From: Acidobacteriota bacterium
Lineage (GTDB): Bacteria; Acidobacteriota; UBA4820; DSQY01
Direction of reading: 5' to 3'
DNA: 33,518 bases
Assembly: GCA_040758175.1 (NCBI GenBank)
Contig: JBFLVU010000001.1
Location: 6,789-40,306 of the forward strand
The position numbers and the translations under genes are program-made. Position 1 is the stretch's first letter. Every line of letters begins with the position of its first letter. This document shows, in pieces, positions 20,041 to 30,141 of this stretch. Under the pieces are notes generated by a model, which saw only the letters and a program-made list of their open reading frames with translations, ran no database searches and was not told where the DNA came from.

Positions 20041-21402
20041 TCACTTGCCCATGGCCCACTGCAGGCGGGCGCGGGCGACGCGCTGGTCGTGGACGGCCTG
20101 GGCCCTCTGGAGGGCCGATGCCGTGAGGGCCGTGTCCGCGTCCAGAAGGTCCGTGATGGACGCCATGCCCTCCTTGTAACGCAGTTCCACGATGCGCAGG
20201 TTCTCTCGGGCTTGGGCTTCCGACTCGGAGGAAACGGCCACCCTCTCGGAGGCCGCCTCCAACCGGAGCCAGGCCTCCTGCACGTCCACCCGGACCTTTC
20301 TCTTCAGGTCCAGGAGGGCCTGCTGGGCCTGAAACTCCCTGGCGCGGGCCGTGAGAAGGCGCCCGGAGCGGGCCCCTCCGTCAAAGAGGGGCAGGCGCAG
20401 CTGGACCCCCACCATCCAGTTGTCCCCGCGTCCGGACCAGCCTTCCGTGTCCTGCTCGTAGGCCGCCATGGCGCCCACCTGCGGAAGGTAGTCGGCCCGG
20501 GCCATCTTTACTCCCTCGGACGCTTGTCGGGATTGGATTTCGGCGGCTCGAAGGTCCTTCCGGCCGGCGATGGCCTCCTGGATGGCCTCCTCCAGGAGGG
20601 GACCCGCCTCTCCCGGCCCCGACAGCTCACCAGCGGGCTCGACCTCCCCGTCGTATCCCAGGGCGTACGCGAGGTAAGCCCGCGCCACCCGCGCGTCCGC
20701 CTCTCGGGCGGCCTTTTGCTGGCGCATGTCCGAAACGAACACCCTCATCCTGAGGAGGTCCGAGTCCAGGATCAGCCCCTGCCCGTGCATGGCCTCCACC
20801 TGCCGGAGGTGGGCCTCCGCCGTCCCGACGGTCTCGGCCATGACCTCCGCCGCCCGCGCCGCCAAGAGGCTCCCGAGGAAGGCCTCGGTGACCGCCTTCG
20901 TCAGGCTGGACTCGGCGAAAGCGCTCTCGCTGGAGGCCGCCTCCACGCCCAGGAGGGTGGCCCGGTAGGCCGCCTTGAGCTTGCCCCCCGCGAAAAGCGG
21001 AACGGTGAGTTCGGCCCGGCTTTGGTAGTTGTTCAGAGGGGCCGGGCGGTTCAGGTTCGGGAGAGCGAAATCCATCATCCCGAACCTTTCCTGGGTGAGC
21101 TTGCCCATGAACACGTAAACCGGGTTCGTCGTCCGGCTGAAGTTCTCGGTGAAGGTCAGGTCCGGCCAGAAAAGGGAGGTCGCTTCCCTGTGCTGGCCGC
21201 GTCGAGCCTCCACCTCCTGCCTCGCGGCGCGGACCATGGGATTGTTCTCCCGGGCGCGGGCAACCGCCTCCTCCAGAGTCAGGCGGAGGGCGTCGGGAGA
21301 GGCCGTCTGCTGGGTCCACGCGGAGGCGGGCGCGAGGAGCCAGAGCAGGGCTCCGGAGAGGGCCCAGGCGGCCCGGGATCTCGTGCGTTTTCTTCCGTTC
21401 AT
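20041..21402 (-). CDS. TolC-family outer-membrane efflux protein
   Basis: Signal peptide; LTLEEAVARARENNP, LTVPLFAGG, ADYLPQV, LPLFDGG, RYKEGMASITDLLDA; ATG at 21402 with GGGGG RBS. Confidence 0.92.
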   Translation of the reverse strand: MNGRKRTRSRAAWALSGALLWLLAPASAWTQQTASPDALRLTLEEAVARARENNPMVRAARQEVEARRGQHREATSLFWPDLTFTENFSRTTNPVYVFMGKLTQERFGMMDFALPNLNRPAPLNNYQSRAELTVPLFAGGKLKAAYRATLLGVEAASSESAFAESSLTKAVTEAFLGSLLAARAAEVMAETVGTAEAHLRQVEAMHGQGLILDSDLLRMRVFVSDMRQQKAAREADARVARAYLAYALGYDGEVEPAGELSGPGEAGPLLEEAIQEAIAGRKDLRAAEIQSRQASEGVKMARADYLPQVGAMAAYEQDTEGWSGRGDNWMVGVQLRLPLFDGGARSGRLLTARAREFQAQQALLDLKRKVRVDVQEAWLRLEAASERVAVSSESEAQARENLRIVELRYKEGMASITDLLDADTALTASALQRAQAVHDQRVARARLQWAMGK

Positions 21403-21447
21403 GATTCCCCCTGAAAAAACGAGGACCCGACCCATTGCGTTTGGCTC

Positions 21448-21456
21448 ATTCTAGCA
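21448..21456 (-). promoter_or_regulatory. Putative extended -10 promoter for the tolC-MFP-RND operon
   Basis: TG-C-TAGAAT on the minus strand ~45 nt upstream of tolC. Confidence 0.45.
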
Positions 21457-21563
21457 CCGAACCGTCGGGCTCCCGCGGGTCCGGAACCTAGAGATGCACG
21501 CCCCGGCGGGCGGTAACGGAATGATCCGCCTTTAGACTGGACGCGGGGAAGCGGGCCGTGCCC

Positions 21564-21592
21564 TTGACAGGCGGGGCTTCGTTTCGTAAAAT
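21564..21592 (+). promoter_or_regulatory. Strong sigma70 promoter for the tRNA pair
   Basis: TTGACA, 17-nt spacer, TAAAAT. Confidence 0.88.
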
Positions 21593-21607
21593 TTACTGCT
21601 GTTCCGC

Positions 21608-21683
21608 TGGGGAGTAGTTCAACTGGTGGAACGCCTGGCTCTGGACCAGGATGTTGGGGGTTCGAGTCCTCCCTCCCCAGCCA
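21608..21683 (+). tRNA. tRNA-Gln(CTG)
   Basis: Acceptor TGGGGAG/CTCCCCA, anticodon arm CCTGG-CTCTGGA-CCAGG, T-loop TTCGAGT, encoded CCA. Confidence 0.96.
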
Positions 21684-21688
21684 GACAT

Positions 21689-21763
21689 GGCCCGTTCGTT
21701 CAGCGGTTAGGACACCGGCCTCTCACGTCGGTAACACGGGTTCGATTCCCGTACGGGCTACCA
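21689..21763 (+). tRNA. tRNA-Glu(CTC)
   Basis: Acceptor GGCCCGT/ACGGGCT, anticodon arm CCGGC-CTCTCAC-GTCGG, T-loop TTCGATT, encoded CCA. Confidence 0.96.
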
Positions 21764-21771
21764 GCAAATCG

Positions 21772-21800
21772 AAGGCGGAGGCCGAGCCTCCGCCTTTTTT
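21772..21800 (+). terminator. Rho-independent terminator after the tRNAs
   Basis: AAGGCGGAGGC-CGA-GCCTCCGCCTT followed by TTTT. Confidence 0.9.
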
Positions 21801-21937
21801 GCTGGGGGCCTCGGAGGAAGCGCGCCCAGCCGGGTCCCTTGTCAGGCGCCCCCTGCGGGGGCATCATCAAAGGCTGTGCGGCCGCTTCTCCGGGCCGTGC
21901 CTGCGCCGGGGAACCGTTCGAAGGAAAGGGAATCGGG

Positions 21938-23776
21938 ATGGCCTATCCAGACGACTCTCGCGACGTGAAGTTCAACCTCTTCGAGTGGCTCCCCCTCGAT
22001 GACCTCCTCGTCCGGGAGCGGTTCGCCGGGCAGGAGAGGGCGGACCTGGAGATGGTCCTGGAGGAGGCGCTCAAGGTATGCCAGGGGGCCGCGGCGCCCG
22101 CGGACCTGGAGGGCGACCGGGTGGGCGCGCGCTGGGAGAAGGGGAGCGTTCATCTACCCCCCGGCATGAAGAGGGCCTACGCGGCCCTCGCCGAAGGAGG
22201 GTGGATCGGGGCCACGGCCGGTACGGAGTTTGGTGGGATGGGACTTCCCGAGGCGGTCGGCGCGGGGATCATGGAGTACCTCGTGGGCTCGAACCCCTCC
22301 CTGAGCCTCACCGCCATGCTCACGCGAGGGGCCGCCCAGCTCATCGAGAGCTTCGGGACGGAGACGTTGAAGGGCCTCTACTGCCAGAAGATGTACCAGG
22401 GTGCCTGGACCGGCACCATGTGCCTGACGGAGCCCTCGGCCGGCAGCGACCTCGGCGACATCAAGACCAAGGCAGTCCGCCGGGAGGATGGAACCTACGC
22501 GATCTCCGGGCAGAAAATCTTCATTACCTCCGGCGACCACGACTACACGCCGAACATCATCCACGCGGTGCTCGCCCGGGTGGAGGGGGCCCCACGCGGT
22601 CCCAAGGGCCTGAGCCTCTTCGCGGTTCCCAAGGTGCGCGTGAACCCCGATGGGAGCCTGGGGGAGGCCAACGACGTCCAGTGCGCCGGAATCGAGGAGA
22701 AGCTGGGCATCCACGGGTCGCCCACCTGCACGCTGGTCTTCGGCGAGCGGGACCTCTGCGTGGGGCACCTCATCGGGCGGGAGCGCCTCGGTCTCCTCCA
22801 CATGTTCCAGATGATGAATTCCGCCCGCTACGAGGTGGGGGTCCAAGGCATGGCCATGGGATCGGCCGCCCACAAGGCCGCCCTCTCCTTCGCGCGGGAG
22901 CGGCTCCAGGGCCGCCGCCACGACGACAAGGACCCGGCCGGCCCGCAGGCGACCATCCTCGACCACCCGGACGTCCGGAGGAACCTCCTGCTCCAGAGCG
23001 CCTACGTCCAGGCCATGCGCGCCCTTCTCTCCTACACGGCCTACTGTATGGACATGGCCCACGCCGGGGAGGGCGAGGAAGGGGACCGCCACGCGGGCCT
23101 CGTGGAGATCCTCACGCCCATCTGCAAGGCCTGGTGTTCGGACTGGGGCTTCCGCGTAACGGAATGGGCCATGCAGACCTTCGGCGGGTACGGGTATACG
23201 CGGGAGTTCCCCGCCGAAAAGTACTTGCGGGACGCCAAGATCGCCTCGATTTACGAGGGTACGAACGGGATCCAGGCCCTGGACCTTGTGGGCCGGAAGT
23301 TCCGAATGCAGAACGGCCGCTACCTGGGCTTTTTCCTGGATCGGGCCAGACGGGCCCTCGACGCAGTGCCCGCCCAGGGGCCCCTCGCCGCCGGAGGCCC
23401 GCCCCTTCGGGAGGCCCTCTCCAGCCTCGAGGCCTGTCTGGAGGCCATGAGGAACGCGCGCGACCCCGGCCTGTTCGGCCTCCTCAACGCCGTGCCCCTG
23501 CTGGATATCTGCGGGCACGTCCTGGCGGGGGGCCTCCTCCTGGAGCAGGCGGTCTTGGCCCGGGACCGCCTGACCTCTCTGGCCCGAGCGCGCGGAGCGG
23601 ACGCCGGGGATCCGTCGGCCCTCGACGCACTTCTCGAGGACAGCGAGGAGTCCCGCTTCTACCACAACAAGGTGGAGGCGGCCCTGCACTTCGCCCATCG
23701 CGCCCTCCCCATGGCGAGGGCCCAGGCCGCCGGCCTGCTGGGCGGAGACGAGAGCCCCCTCCGGGCCCGGCTCTGA
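21938..23776 (+). CDS. Acyl-CoA dehydrogenase (long ~610-aa type)
   Basis: WTGTMCLTEPSAGSDLG, ISGQKIFITSGDHD, EKLGIHGSPTC, QTFGGYGY, IYEGTNGIQALDL; ATG at 21938 after a purine-rich RBS. Confidence 0.93.
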   Translation: MAYPDDSRDVKFNLFEWLPLDDLLVRERFAGQERADLEMVLEEALKVCQGAAAPADLEGDRVGARWEKGSVHLPPGMKRAYAALAEGGWIGATAGTEFGGMGLPEAVGAGIMEYLVGSNPSLSLTAMLTRGAAQLIESFGTETLKGLYCQKMYQGAWTGTMCLTEPSAGSDLGDIKTKAVRREDGTYAISGQKIFITSGDHDYTPNIIHAVLARVEGAPRGPKGLSLFAVPKVRVNPDGSLGEANDVQCAGIEEKLGIHGSPTCTLVFGERDLCVGHLIGRERLGLLHMFQMMNSARYEVGVQGMAMGSAAHKAALSFARERLQGRRHDDKDPAGPQATILDHPDVRRNLLLQSAYVQAMRALLSYTAYCMDMAHAGEGEEGDRHAGLVEILTPICKAWCSDWGFRVTEWAMQTFGGYGYTREFPAEKYLRDAKIASIYEGTNGIQALDLVGRKFRMQNGRYLGFFLDRARRALDAVPAQGPLAAGGPPLREALSSLEACLEAMRNARDPGLFGLLNAVPLLDICGHVLAGGLLLEQAVLARDRLTSLARARGADAGDPSALDALLEDSEESRFYHNKVEAALHFAHRALPMARAQAAGLLGGDESPLRARL

Positions 23777-23810
23777 GCCGGGGTCCGGAAGGTCGGGAAG
23801 GGGCCTCCAT

Positions 23811-25991
23811 TTGGACGACCGGACACTGGACGCGCTCAACCCCGAGCAGCGGCTCGCCGTAACCGAGCCCGGCGGAGCCGCCCTGGTTCTCGCCGGGGCG
23901 GGGTCCGGGAAAACGAGGGTCATCGCCCACCGCATCGCGCACCTTCTCTCCGCCCGACACGTATCGGCCCACTCGGTGCTGGCGGTCACCTTCACGAACA
24001 AGGCCGCGGAGGAAATGCGGGCCCGGGTCCTCCAGCTCCTCCAGAAACCCGCGCTGCCGTTCCTGTGGATCGGGACCTTCCACGCCATGTGCGCCCGGCT
24101 CCTGAGGGCCGACGTGGAAGCCCTCGGCGGACCCTACGCCCGGAACTTCACGATTCTCGACGCCGACGACTCGGCGGGGCTGGTGAGGCGTTTGCTGCGG
24201 GACCGGGGGGTTTCGGAGAGGAACATCCAGCCCCGATCGGTTCTTTCGGCCATCAGCCGGGCCAAGACCGAGGGGATGAACGCCGACGCTTTCGCGGAGA
24301 AAGCGCGGGGCCACTTCTCCCTGACGGTGGCCCCCGTTTTCCGCTCCTACGAGCGCCAACTCGCCGATTCCAACTCCATGGATTTCGACGACCTCCTCGG
24401 CGTGGCCCTTCGACTGCTGGACGAGCGCTCCGAGATCCGGGCCAAGTACCAGCATCAGTTCCAGCACATCCTCGTGGACGAGTACCAGGACACCAACCGG
24501 ATCCAGTACCGCCTCCTCCGCGTTCTCTCGGAGAAGTGGGGAAACCTATTCGCCGTGGGCGACGAGGATCAGTCCATCTACCGCTGGAGGGGGGCCGACA
24601 TCCAGAACATCCTCGATTTCCAGCGGGATTTCCGGGGGGCCAAGGTCATCAAGCTGGAAAGGAACTACCGCTCGACCCGGGCCATTCTCGAGGCGGCCAA
24701 CCACCTCGTGGCCCACAACACCCGGCGGATCGGAAAGAACCTCTGGACGGAGCGCGGCGACGGCGGGGCAGTCCGGGTCTTCGCCGCTCCCTCGGACCGG
24801 GAGGAGGCCGCCTTCGTGGCCGACTCCATGCTTTCCCTCAAGGCCCAGTACGCTTGGCGCCAGATGGCCGTCCTCTACCGCACCAACGCCCAGTCGAGGA
24901 CCTTCGAAGAAGCGTGCCTGAACCGCCGGATCCCGTACCAAGTGGTCGGCGGCCTCAAGTTCTACGAGAGAAAGGAAATCAAGGACGTCCTCGCCTACCT
25001 TCGGGCGGGTGTGAATCCGCAGGACCGCCTGGCCGTGGCGCGCGTCCTCAACGTGCCCCCGCGCGGGCTGGGCCCCACCACCGCCGAAAAGCTGGCGGCC
25101 CTGGCGGAGGAGCGTCGAACCAGCCTCGTGGAGGCCGCCCGGGCGGCCTCCGAGGAGGGCCTCTTTCCATCCCGGACGTGCACGGCTTTGCGGGGATTCC
25201 TGGACATCCTGCAGGGAGTGGGCAAGCGTGCGGCGGCCGGCGGGCCCGCGGCCGTCGCCCAATGGGTTCTCGAGGCCACGGGGTACGTTGCGTACCTGGC
25301 GGAGCAAGGCGAGTCTGGGCCGGACCCAGAGGCCAGGATGGAAAACGTCCGGGAACTCGTGTCCGCGATGCGGGAATTCGAGAGCCGGGAGGGGGGCGAC
25401 CTGCGGCTCTTTCTCGAGCGCCAGGCCCTCGCGAGCGACCAGGACGAGTTGAGGGACGGGACCTTCGACGCGGTCCGCCTCATGACGCTTCACGCGGCCA
25501 AGGGCCTGGAGTTTCCGGTGGTGTTTCTCTCGGGCCTGGAACAGGACCTGTGTCCCCACGCCCTCTCCTCCCAGACCGAGGACGGCCTCGAGGAGGAGCG
25601 CCGGTTGTGCTACGTGGGCATGACGAGGGCGATGGACCGGTTGACCCTCACCTGGGCCCGCCAGCGCTATGTCTTCGGCGTGGTCCAAGACAGGCTCCCC
25701 TCCCCCTTCCTCGGCGAGGTCCCCGGGGGGCGCGTGGAGGAGGTCCGCGGCGTGGAGCGCGCGCCCATGAACCTCCTCGAAGCCGCCGCCCTTCTAGACG
25801 CCGCCGAGGCTCCAAGGCCCGCCCCCCAAAAGGTCCTGCGGGTGGGGGCGCGCATCCACCACAAGAAATACGGTTTCGGAATCGTTCTGGCCCTCGAGGG
25901 AAGCGGCGAAGCGCAAAAGGTGACCGTCTCCTTCAACCGGTTCGGGAGAAAGAAACTCCTCGCCTCCCTGGCAGGCCTCGACCTGGTCTAA
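23811..25991 (+). CDS. pcrA: SF1 DNA helicase PcrA/UvrD
   Basis: LAGAGSGKT, VDEYQDTN, VGDEDQSIY, NYRST, MTLHAAKGLEF, EEERRLCYVGMTRA, C-terminal Tudor-like domain; TTG start. Confidence 0.93.
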   Translation: MDDRTLDALNPEQRLAVTEPGGAALVLAGAGSGKTRVIAHRIAHLLSARHVSAHSVLAVTFTNKAAEEMRARVLQLLQKPALPFLWIGTFHAMCARLLRADVEALGGPYARNFTILDADDSAGLVRRLLRDRGVSERNIQPRSVLSAISRAKTEGMNADAFAEKARGHFSLTVAPVFRSYERQLADSNSMDFDDLLGVALRLLDERSEIRAKYQHQFQHILVDEYQDTNRIQYRLLRVLSEKWGNLFAVGDEDQSIYRWRGADIQNILDFQRDFRGAKVIKLERNYRSTRAILEAANHLVAHNTRRIGKNLWTERGDGGAVRVFAAPSDREEAAFVADSMLSLKAQYAWRQMAVLYRTNAQSRTFEEACLNRRIPYQVVGGLKFYERKEIKDVLAYLRAGVNPQDRLAVARVLNVPPRGLGPTTAEKLAALAEERRTSLVEAARAASEEGLFPSRTCTALRGFLDILQGVGKRAAAGGPAAVAQWVLEATGYVAYLAEQGESGPDPEARMENVRELVSAMREFESREGGDLRLFLERQALASDQDELRDGTFDAVRLMTLHAAKGLEFPVVFLSGLEQDLCPHALSSQTEDGLEEERRLCYVGMTRAMDRLTLTWARQRYVFGVVQDRLPSPFLGEVPGGRVEEVRGVERAPMNLLEAAALLDAAEAPRPAPQKVLRVGARIHHKKYGFGIVLALEGSGEAQKVTVSFNRFGRKKLLASLAGLDLV

Positions 25992-26143
25992 CGAGGTGGC
26001 GAAGGGGCCATGGGGGAAATGCCCCAAGCGCGTCCATCCCCTTCCGTATCCCCCAAGGCAGTGCAACTGCCGCCGCGTGGGGACCGGCGTCCGGGGGCGG
26101 GCCGGGGGCCCTCGAAGGCATTCCCGGTCCGCCCCCTGGAACC

Positions 26144-26172
26144 TTGACACCACGGCCCCTCTCGACTATATT
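26144..26172 (+). promoter_or_regulatory. sigma70 promoter of the nuo operon
   Basis: TTGACA, 17-nt spacer, TATATT, ~46 nt upstream of nuoA. Confidence 0.82.
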
Positions 26173-26218
26173 CAGCCCCTTTAGGCCCGCGCCCGCCCCG
26201 CCCAAGGGAGGATCGTAC

Positions 26219-26571
26219 ATGTCGGCTTACCTTCCCGTAGGGATCTTCCTGGCCCTCGCCCTTGCCATTGTGCCGCTCACCATGGTTCTGGGCCGGTTCA
26301 TCCGCCCCCGGCGCTACGATCCCGTCAAGGTGGAGCCCTACGAATGCGGCATCGAGGTGAAGGAGGCCCCGGCGGGCAAGATCTCCGTCCACTTCTACCT
26401 GGTGGCGGTGGTTTTCCTTGTCTTCGACGTGGAAACCATCTTCCTCCTGCCCTGGGCCGTGGCCTTTGACAAGCTGGGCCTTTTCGGGGTGATCGAGGTG
26501 TTCGTCTTTCTCGCCCTGCTCATCGCGGCGTACGTCTACGCGTGGCTGAAGGGGGCGTTGAGGTGGGAAGA

Positions 26572-26575
<4 letters not shown>
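26219..26575 (+). CDS. nuoA: NADH-quinone oxidoreductase subunit A
   Basis: [10 protein letters not shown]...PYECG...[14 protein letters not shown]...KGALRWEE; GGAGG RBS; C-terminal part of track ORF 24065..26575. Confidence 0.95.
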
Positions 26576-27189
<614 letters not shown>

Positions 27190-27198
27190 GGGAGCCAT

Positions 27199-27915
27199 AT
27201 GACTGACGAGATCAAGGCGCCCGGACCGCCGGTTCCCCCGCCTCAGGCGGCGGGTGGAGAGGCCGCGCCGGCGGAGAAGCCCGCGGCGGCCAAGCCCGCG
27301 ACACCGCCGGCCCCCAAGCCTCCCGCCGGTCCCAAGAAGTGGGAGCCCACGGGAGACGCGGTCCCAAATGCTCCGGCGGAGGCCCTCGCCGAGAGGTTCG
27401 GAGAATCCGTCCGGGGCGCCAAGAGCCCCTGCGGTGAATCCGCGGTCCTCGTGGACAAGGCGGCCCTCGTCCCGGTCCTTGCCTTTCTTAGGGACGATCC
27501 CCGTTGCGGCATGAACTACCTGAGCGACCTGACGGGCGCCCACTACCCCATCAACGACAAGAAGTTCGAGGTGGTCTACCACCTGTACTCCATGGAAAAG
27601 GGACACTCCCTCCGGGTGAAGGTCCAGCTCGACGACGGCGAGCCCTGCCCCAGCGCCACCGGGGTCTGGCCCGGAGCGGACTGGATGGAGCGGGAAGCCC
27701 ACGACATGCTCGGGATCGTCTTCGAGGGTCACCCCGGCCTCAAGGTCATCCTCCTGCCCGACGACTTCGAGGGCCATCCCCTGAGGAAGGAGTTCCCACT
27801 CGGTGGCGCCCAGGAGGAGATGATCCGTGCCAACCGGTACGGGAAGCCCGTCTACCTCCCGGACGACGTGGAGGAGGCGCGAAAGATCGTCGAGGAGCAG
27901 CGCCATGGACGGTGA
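27199..27915 (+). CDS. nuoC: NADH-quinone oxidoreductase subunit C with Pro/Ala-rich N-terminal extension
   Basis: FEVVYHLYS, ADWMEREAHDMLGIVFEGHP, GHPLRKEFPL. Confidence 0.94.
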   Translation: MTDEIKAPGPPVPPPQAAGGEAAPAEKPAAAKPATPPAPKPPAGPKKWEPTGDAVPNAPAEALAERFGESVRGAKSPCGESAVLVDKAALVPVLAFLRDDPRCGMNYLSDLTGAHYPINDKKFEVVYHLYSMEKGHSLRVKVQLDDGEPCPSATGVWPGADWMEREAHDMLGIVFEGHPGLKVILLPDDFEGHPLRKEFPLGGAQEEMIRANRYGKPVYLPDDVEEARKIVEEQRHGR

Positions 27916-29047
27916 ACACATGCACCCCGAGGGCACCGGGCTCCGCGGCGCTTTGGAAACCCACGAGGTGGAGCTGAACCTCGGGCCGCAGCACCCGGCC
28001 ACCCACGGCGTCTACCGGGCCCTGGTACGCCTGGACGGCGAGCGGGTGGTGGGAATGGAATCCATCATCGGATACCTCCACCGCGGAATCGAGAAGTGGT
28101 GCGAGTCCCGGACCTGGACGCAGGCCACACCCGTTTTCGATCGGCTGGACTACGTGGGGGCGGTCCTCAACTGCCACGGGTACGTGGGGGCCGTGGAGAA
28201 GCTGCTCAACCTGGAGGTCCCCAAGAAGGCGCAGTACATCCGCGTGGTTTTGGACGAACTCCAGCGCATCGCGAACCACCTGCTCTGGCTGGGAACCCAC
28301 GCCCTCGACGTGGGCGCCCAGTCCATGCTCTTTTACGGCATCCGGGAGCGGGAGGCCATCCTGGACCTATTCGAGGCGATGCTGGGCCAACGCCTCTTGC
28401 CCAACGCCTACCCGATCGGCGGCGTCCGGTTCGATTTTCCGAAGGGCTGGGAGGCGGTGTGCCGCCGGTTCCTCGAAGAGATGCCCAAGAAGGTCGATGA
28501 CTACGAGACCCTTCTCACCGGAAACCGCATCTGGGTTCAGCGCACCAAGGGGGTGGGCGTGATCGCGGCGGACCAGGCCATCGCCCTGTCCTTGTCGGGC
28601 CCCACCCTCCGGGGCTCCGGAGTGAACTTCGACGTGCGCAAGGCCTTGCCCTATTCGAGCTACCCGGACTTCGACTTCGAGGTGCCTCTGGGTCAGAACG
28701 GGGACGTCTTCGACCGGTACCTCTGCCGCGTTCGGGAGATGCGCCAGAGCCTGCGCATCATCCGCCAGGCGCTGGACGGCATGCCCGAGGGCGACCTGAA
28801 GGGCAAGGTGGGCCGCATCATTCGCCCGCCCATGGGTGAGGCCTACTTCACGGTGGAGGCGGCCAAGGGCCAGCTGGGCTACTACATCGTAAGCGAGGGG
28901 GCCGAGAAGCCCTGGCGGGTCCACGTGCGGGCCCCCTCCTTCATCAACCTTCAGGGCATCGAGACCATGTGCCGCGGCGCGCTCATCGCCGACGTGGTGG
29001 CCATCATCGGCTCCCTCGACATCGTCCTCGGTGAGGTGGACAGGTGA
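27905..29047 (+). CDS. nuoD: NADH-quinone oxidoreductase subunit D
   Basis: LNLGPQHPATHGV, GYLHRGIEK, RLDY, IIGSLDIVLGEVDR; no NiFe CxxC motifs. Confidence 0.96.
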   Translation: MDGEHMHPEGTGLRGALETHEVELNLGPQHPATHGVYRALVRLDGERVVGMESIIGYLHRGIEKWCESRTWTQATPVFDRLDYVGAVLNCHGYVGAVEKLLNLEVPKKAQYIRVVLDELQRIANHLLWLGTHALDVGAQSMLFYGIREREAILDLFEAMLGQRLLPNAYPIGGVRFDFPKGWEAVCRRFLEEMPKKVDDYETLLTGNRIWVQRTKGVGVIAADQAIALSLSGPTLRGSGVNFDVRKALPYSSYPDFDFEVPLGQNGDVFDRYLCRVREMRQSLRIIRQALDGMPEGDLKGKVGRIIRPPMGEAYFTVEAAKGQLGYYIVSEGAEKPWRVHVRAPSFINLQGIETMCRGALIADVVAIIGSLDIVLGEVDR

Positions 29048-29084
29048 AGACCATGGGACAACGCGAGACGGGGAAGGCGAATCC

Positions 29085-30137
29085 ATGAACCTCGATTGGC
29101 TGACGGCCCACGTGGGAATGCCCCTGGTCAAGATCCTCATCCTCCTTGTGCCCGTCTTCACGGTGGTGGCCTACATCGTCTGGTTCGAGCGCCGGGTCCT
29201 GGCCTTCTTCCAGTCCCGCCTCGGTCCGAACCGGGTGGGCCCGCTCGGCCTCCTGCAGCCCGTGGCGGACGGTCTGAAACTCCTCCTGAAGGAAGACATC
29301 GTCCCCGCCAACGCGAGGCCCTTTCTGTTCAAGATGGCCCCCGTCTTTTCCTTCTTCCCGGCCCTGGTGGGCTTCGCGGTGGTTTCCTGGGCCCTTCCCT
29401 GGGTCACGCCCTCCGGAAAGACCCACGGATTCGTCATCGGCGACGTGAACCTGGGGATCCTCCTCATCCTTTCTCTCTCCTCCCTCGGGATCTTCGGGAT
29501 CATCCTGGGAGGCTGGTCCTCGGGGTCCAAGTACCCCCTCTTCGGGAGCCTGAGGTCCGCCAGCCAGATGCTGGCCTACGAAGTTCCCCTGACCCTCTCG
29601 GTCATATCCGTCATTCTGCTGGCGGGCTCCTTCCGCCTAAGCGACATCGTGGCGGCCCAGCAGTCCCTGGGATGGTACTTCCTCTTCCCGGGGCTCGTGG
29701 CTTTCGGGGTCTACATCGTGGCGGCCGTGGCCGAGACCAACCGGACGCCCTTTGATCTGCCCGAGGGCGAGAGCGAGATCATCGGCTTCCACACCGAGTA
29801 TTCGGGCATGCGATTCGCGTTCTATTTCGTGGCGGAATACGCCAACGTGGTCCTCACGAGCGTGGTGGCCACGGCGCTTTTCCTGGGCGGGTACGACATC
29901 CCCTTCGTCAAGGACGCCGCGCTCTACGCGACGCACCCCCGGCTCGTGAGCGCGCTGGGGGTCTGTTCCTTCGCCGCAAAGGGGGCGCTCTTCGCCTACT
30001 TCTTCGTGTGGATCCGCGCCACGTGGCCACGGTACCGGTACGACCAGCTCCTGAGAATCGGCTGGCTGGTCCTCTTCCCCATCGCCATGGCCAACTTGGT
30101 CCTCGTGGCTTTGTTCAAGCTCTGGCTCCTGAGGTGA
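29085..30137 (+). CDS. nuoH: NADH-quinone oxidoreductase subunit H
   Basis: RLGPNRVGPLGLLQPVADGLKLLLKE, AETNRTPFDLPEGESE, PRYRYDQL. Confidence 0.96.
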   Translation: MNLDWLTAHVGMPLVKILILLVPVFTVVAYIVWFERRVLAFFQSRLGPNRVGPLGLLQPVADGLKLLLKEDIVPANARPFLFKMAPVFSFFPALVGFAVVSWALPWVTPSGKTHGFVIGDVNLGILLILSLSSLGIFGIILGGWSSGSKYPLFGSLRSASQMLAYEVPLTLSVISVILLAGSFRLSDIVAAQQSLGWYFLFPGLVAFGVYIVAAVAETNRTPFDLPEGESEIIGFHTEYSGMRFAFYFVAEYANVVLTSVVATALFLGGYDIPFVKDAALYATHPRLVSALGVCSFAAKGALFAYFFVWIRATWPRYRYDQLLRIGWLVLFPIAMANLVLVALFKLWLLR

Positions 30138-30141
30138 CCGC

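Noticed and set aside
21608-21800. tRNA pair as an integration site of a genomic island
   Set aside because: No integrase, no duplicated tRNA 3' end found, and an intact terminator follows directly
21626-21937. N-terminal extension of the acyl-CoA dehydrogenase
   Set aside because: It runs through two tRNA genes and a terminator
23777-23810. SRP RNA-like GGTCCGGAAGG sequence
   Set aside because: Only 34 nt of intergenic space and the conserved AGCAG partner strand is missing
27905-29047. Group 4 NiFe hydrogenase large subunit
   Set aside because: Lacks both CxxC Ni-binding motifs; has the NuoD quinone-site His/Tyr motifs
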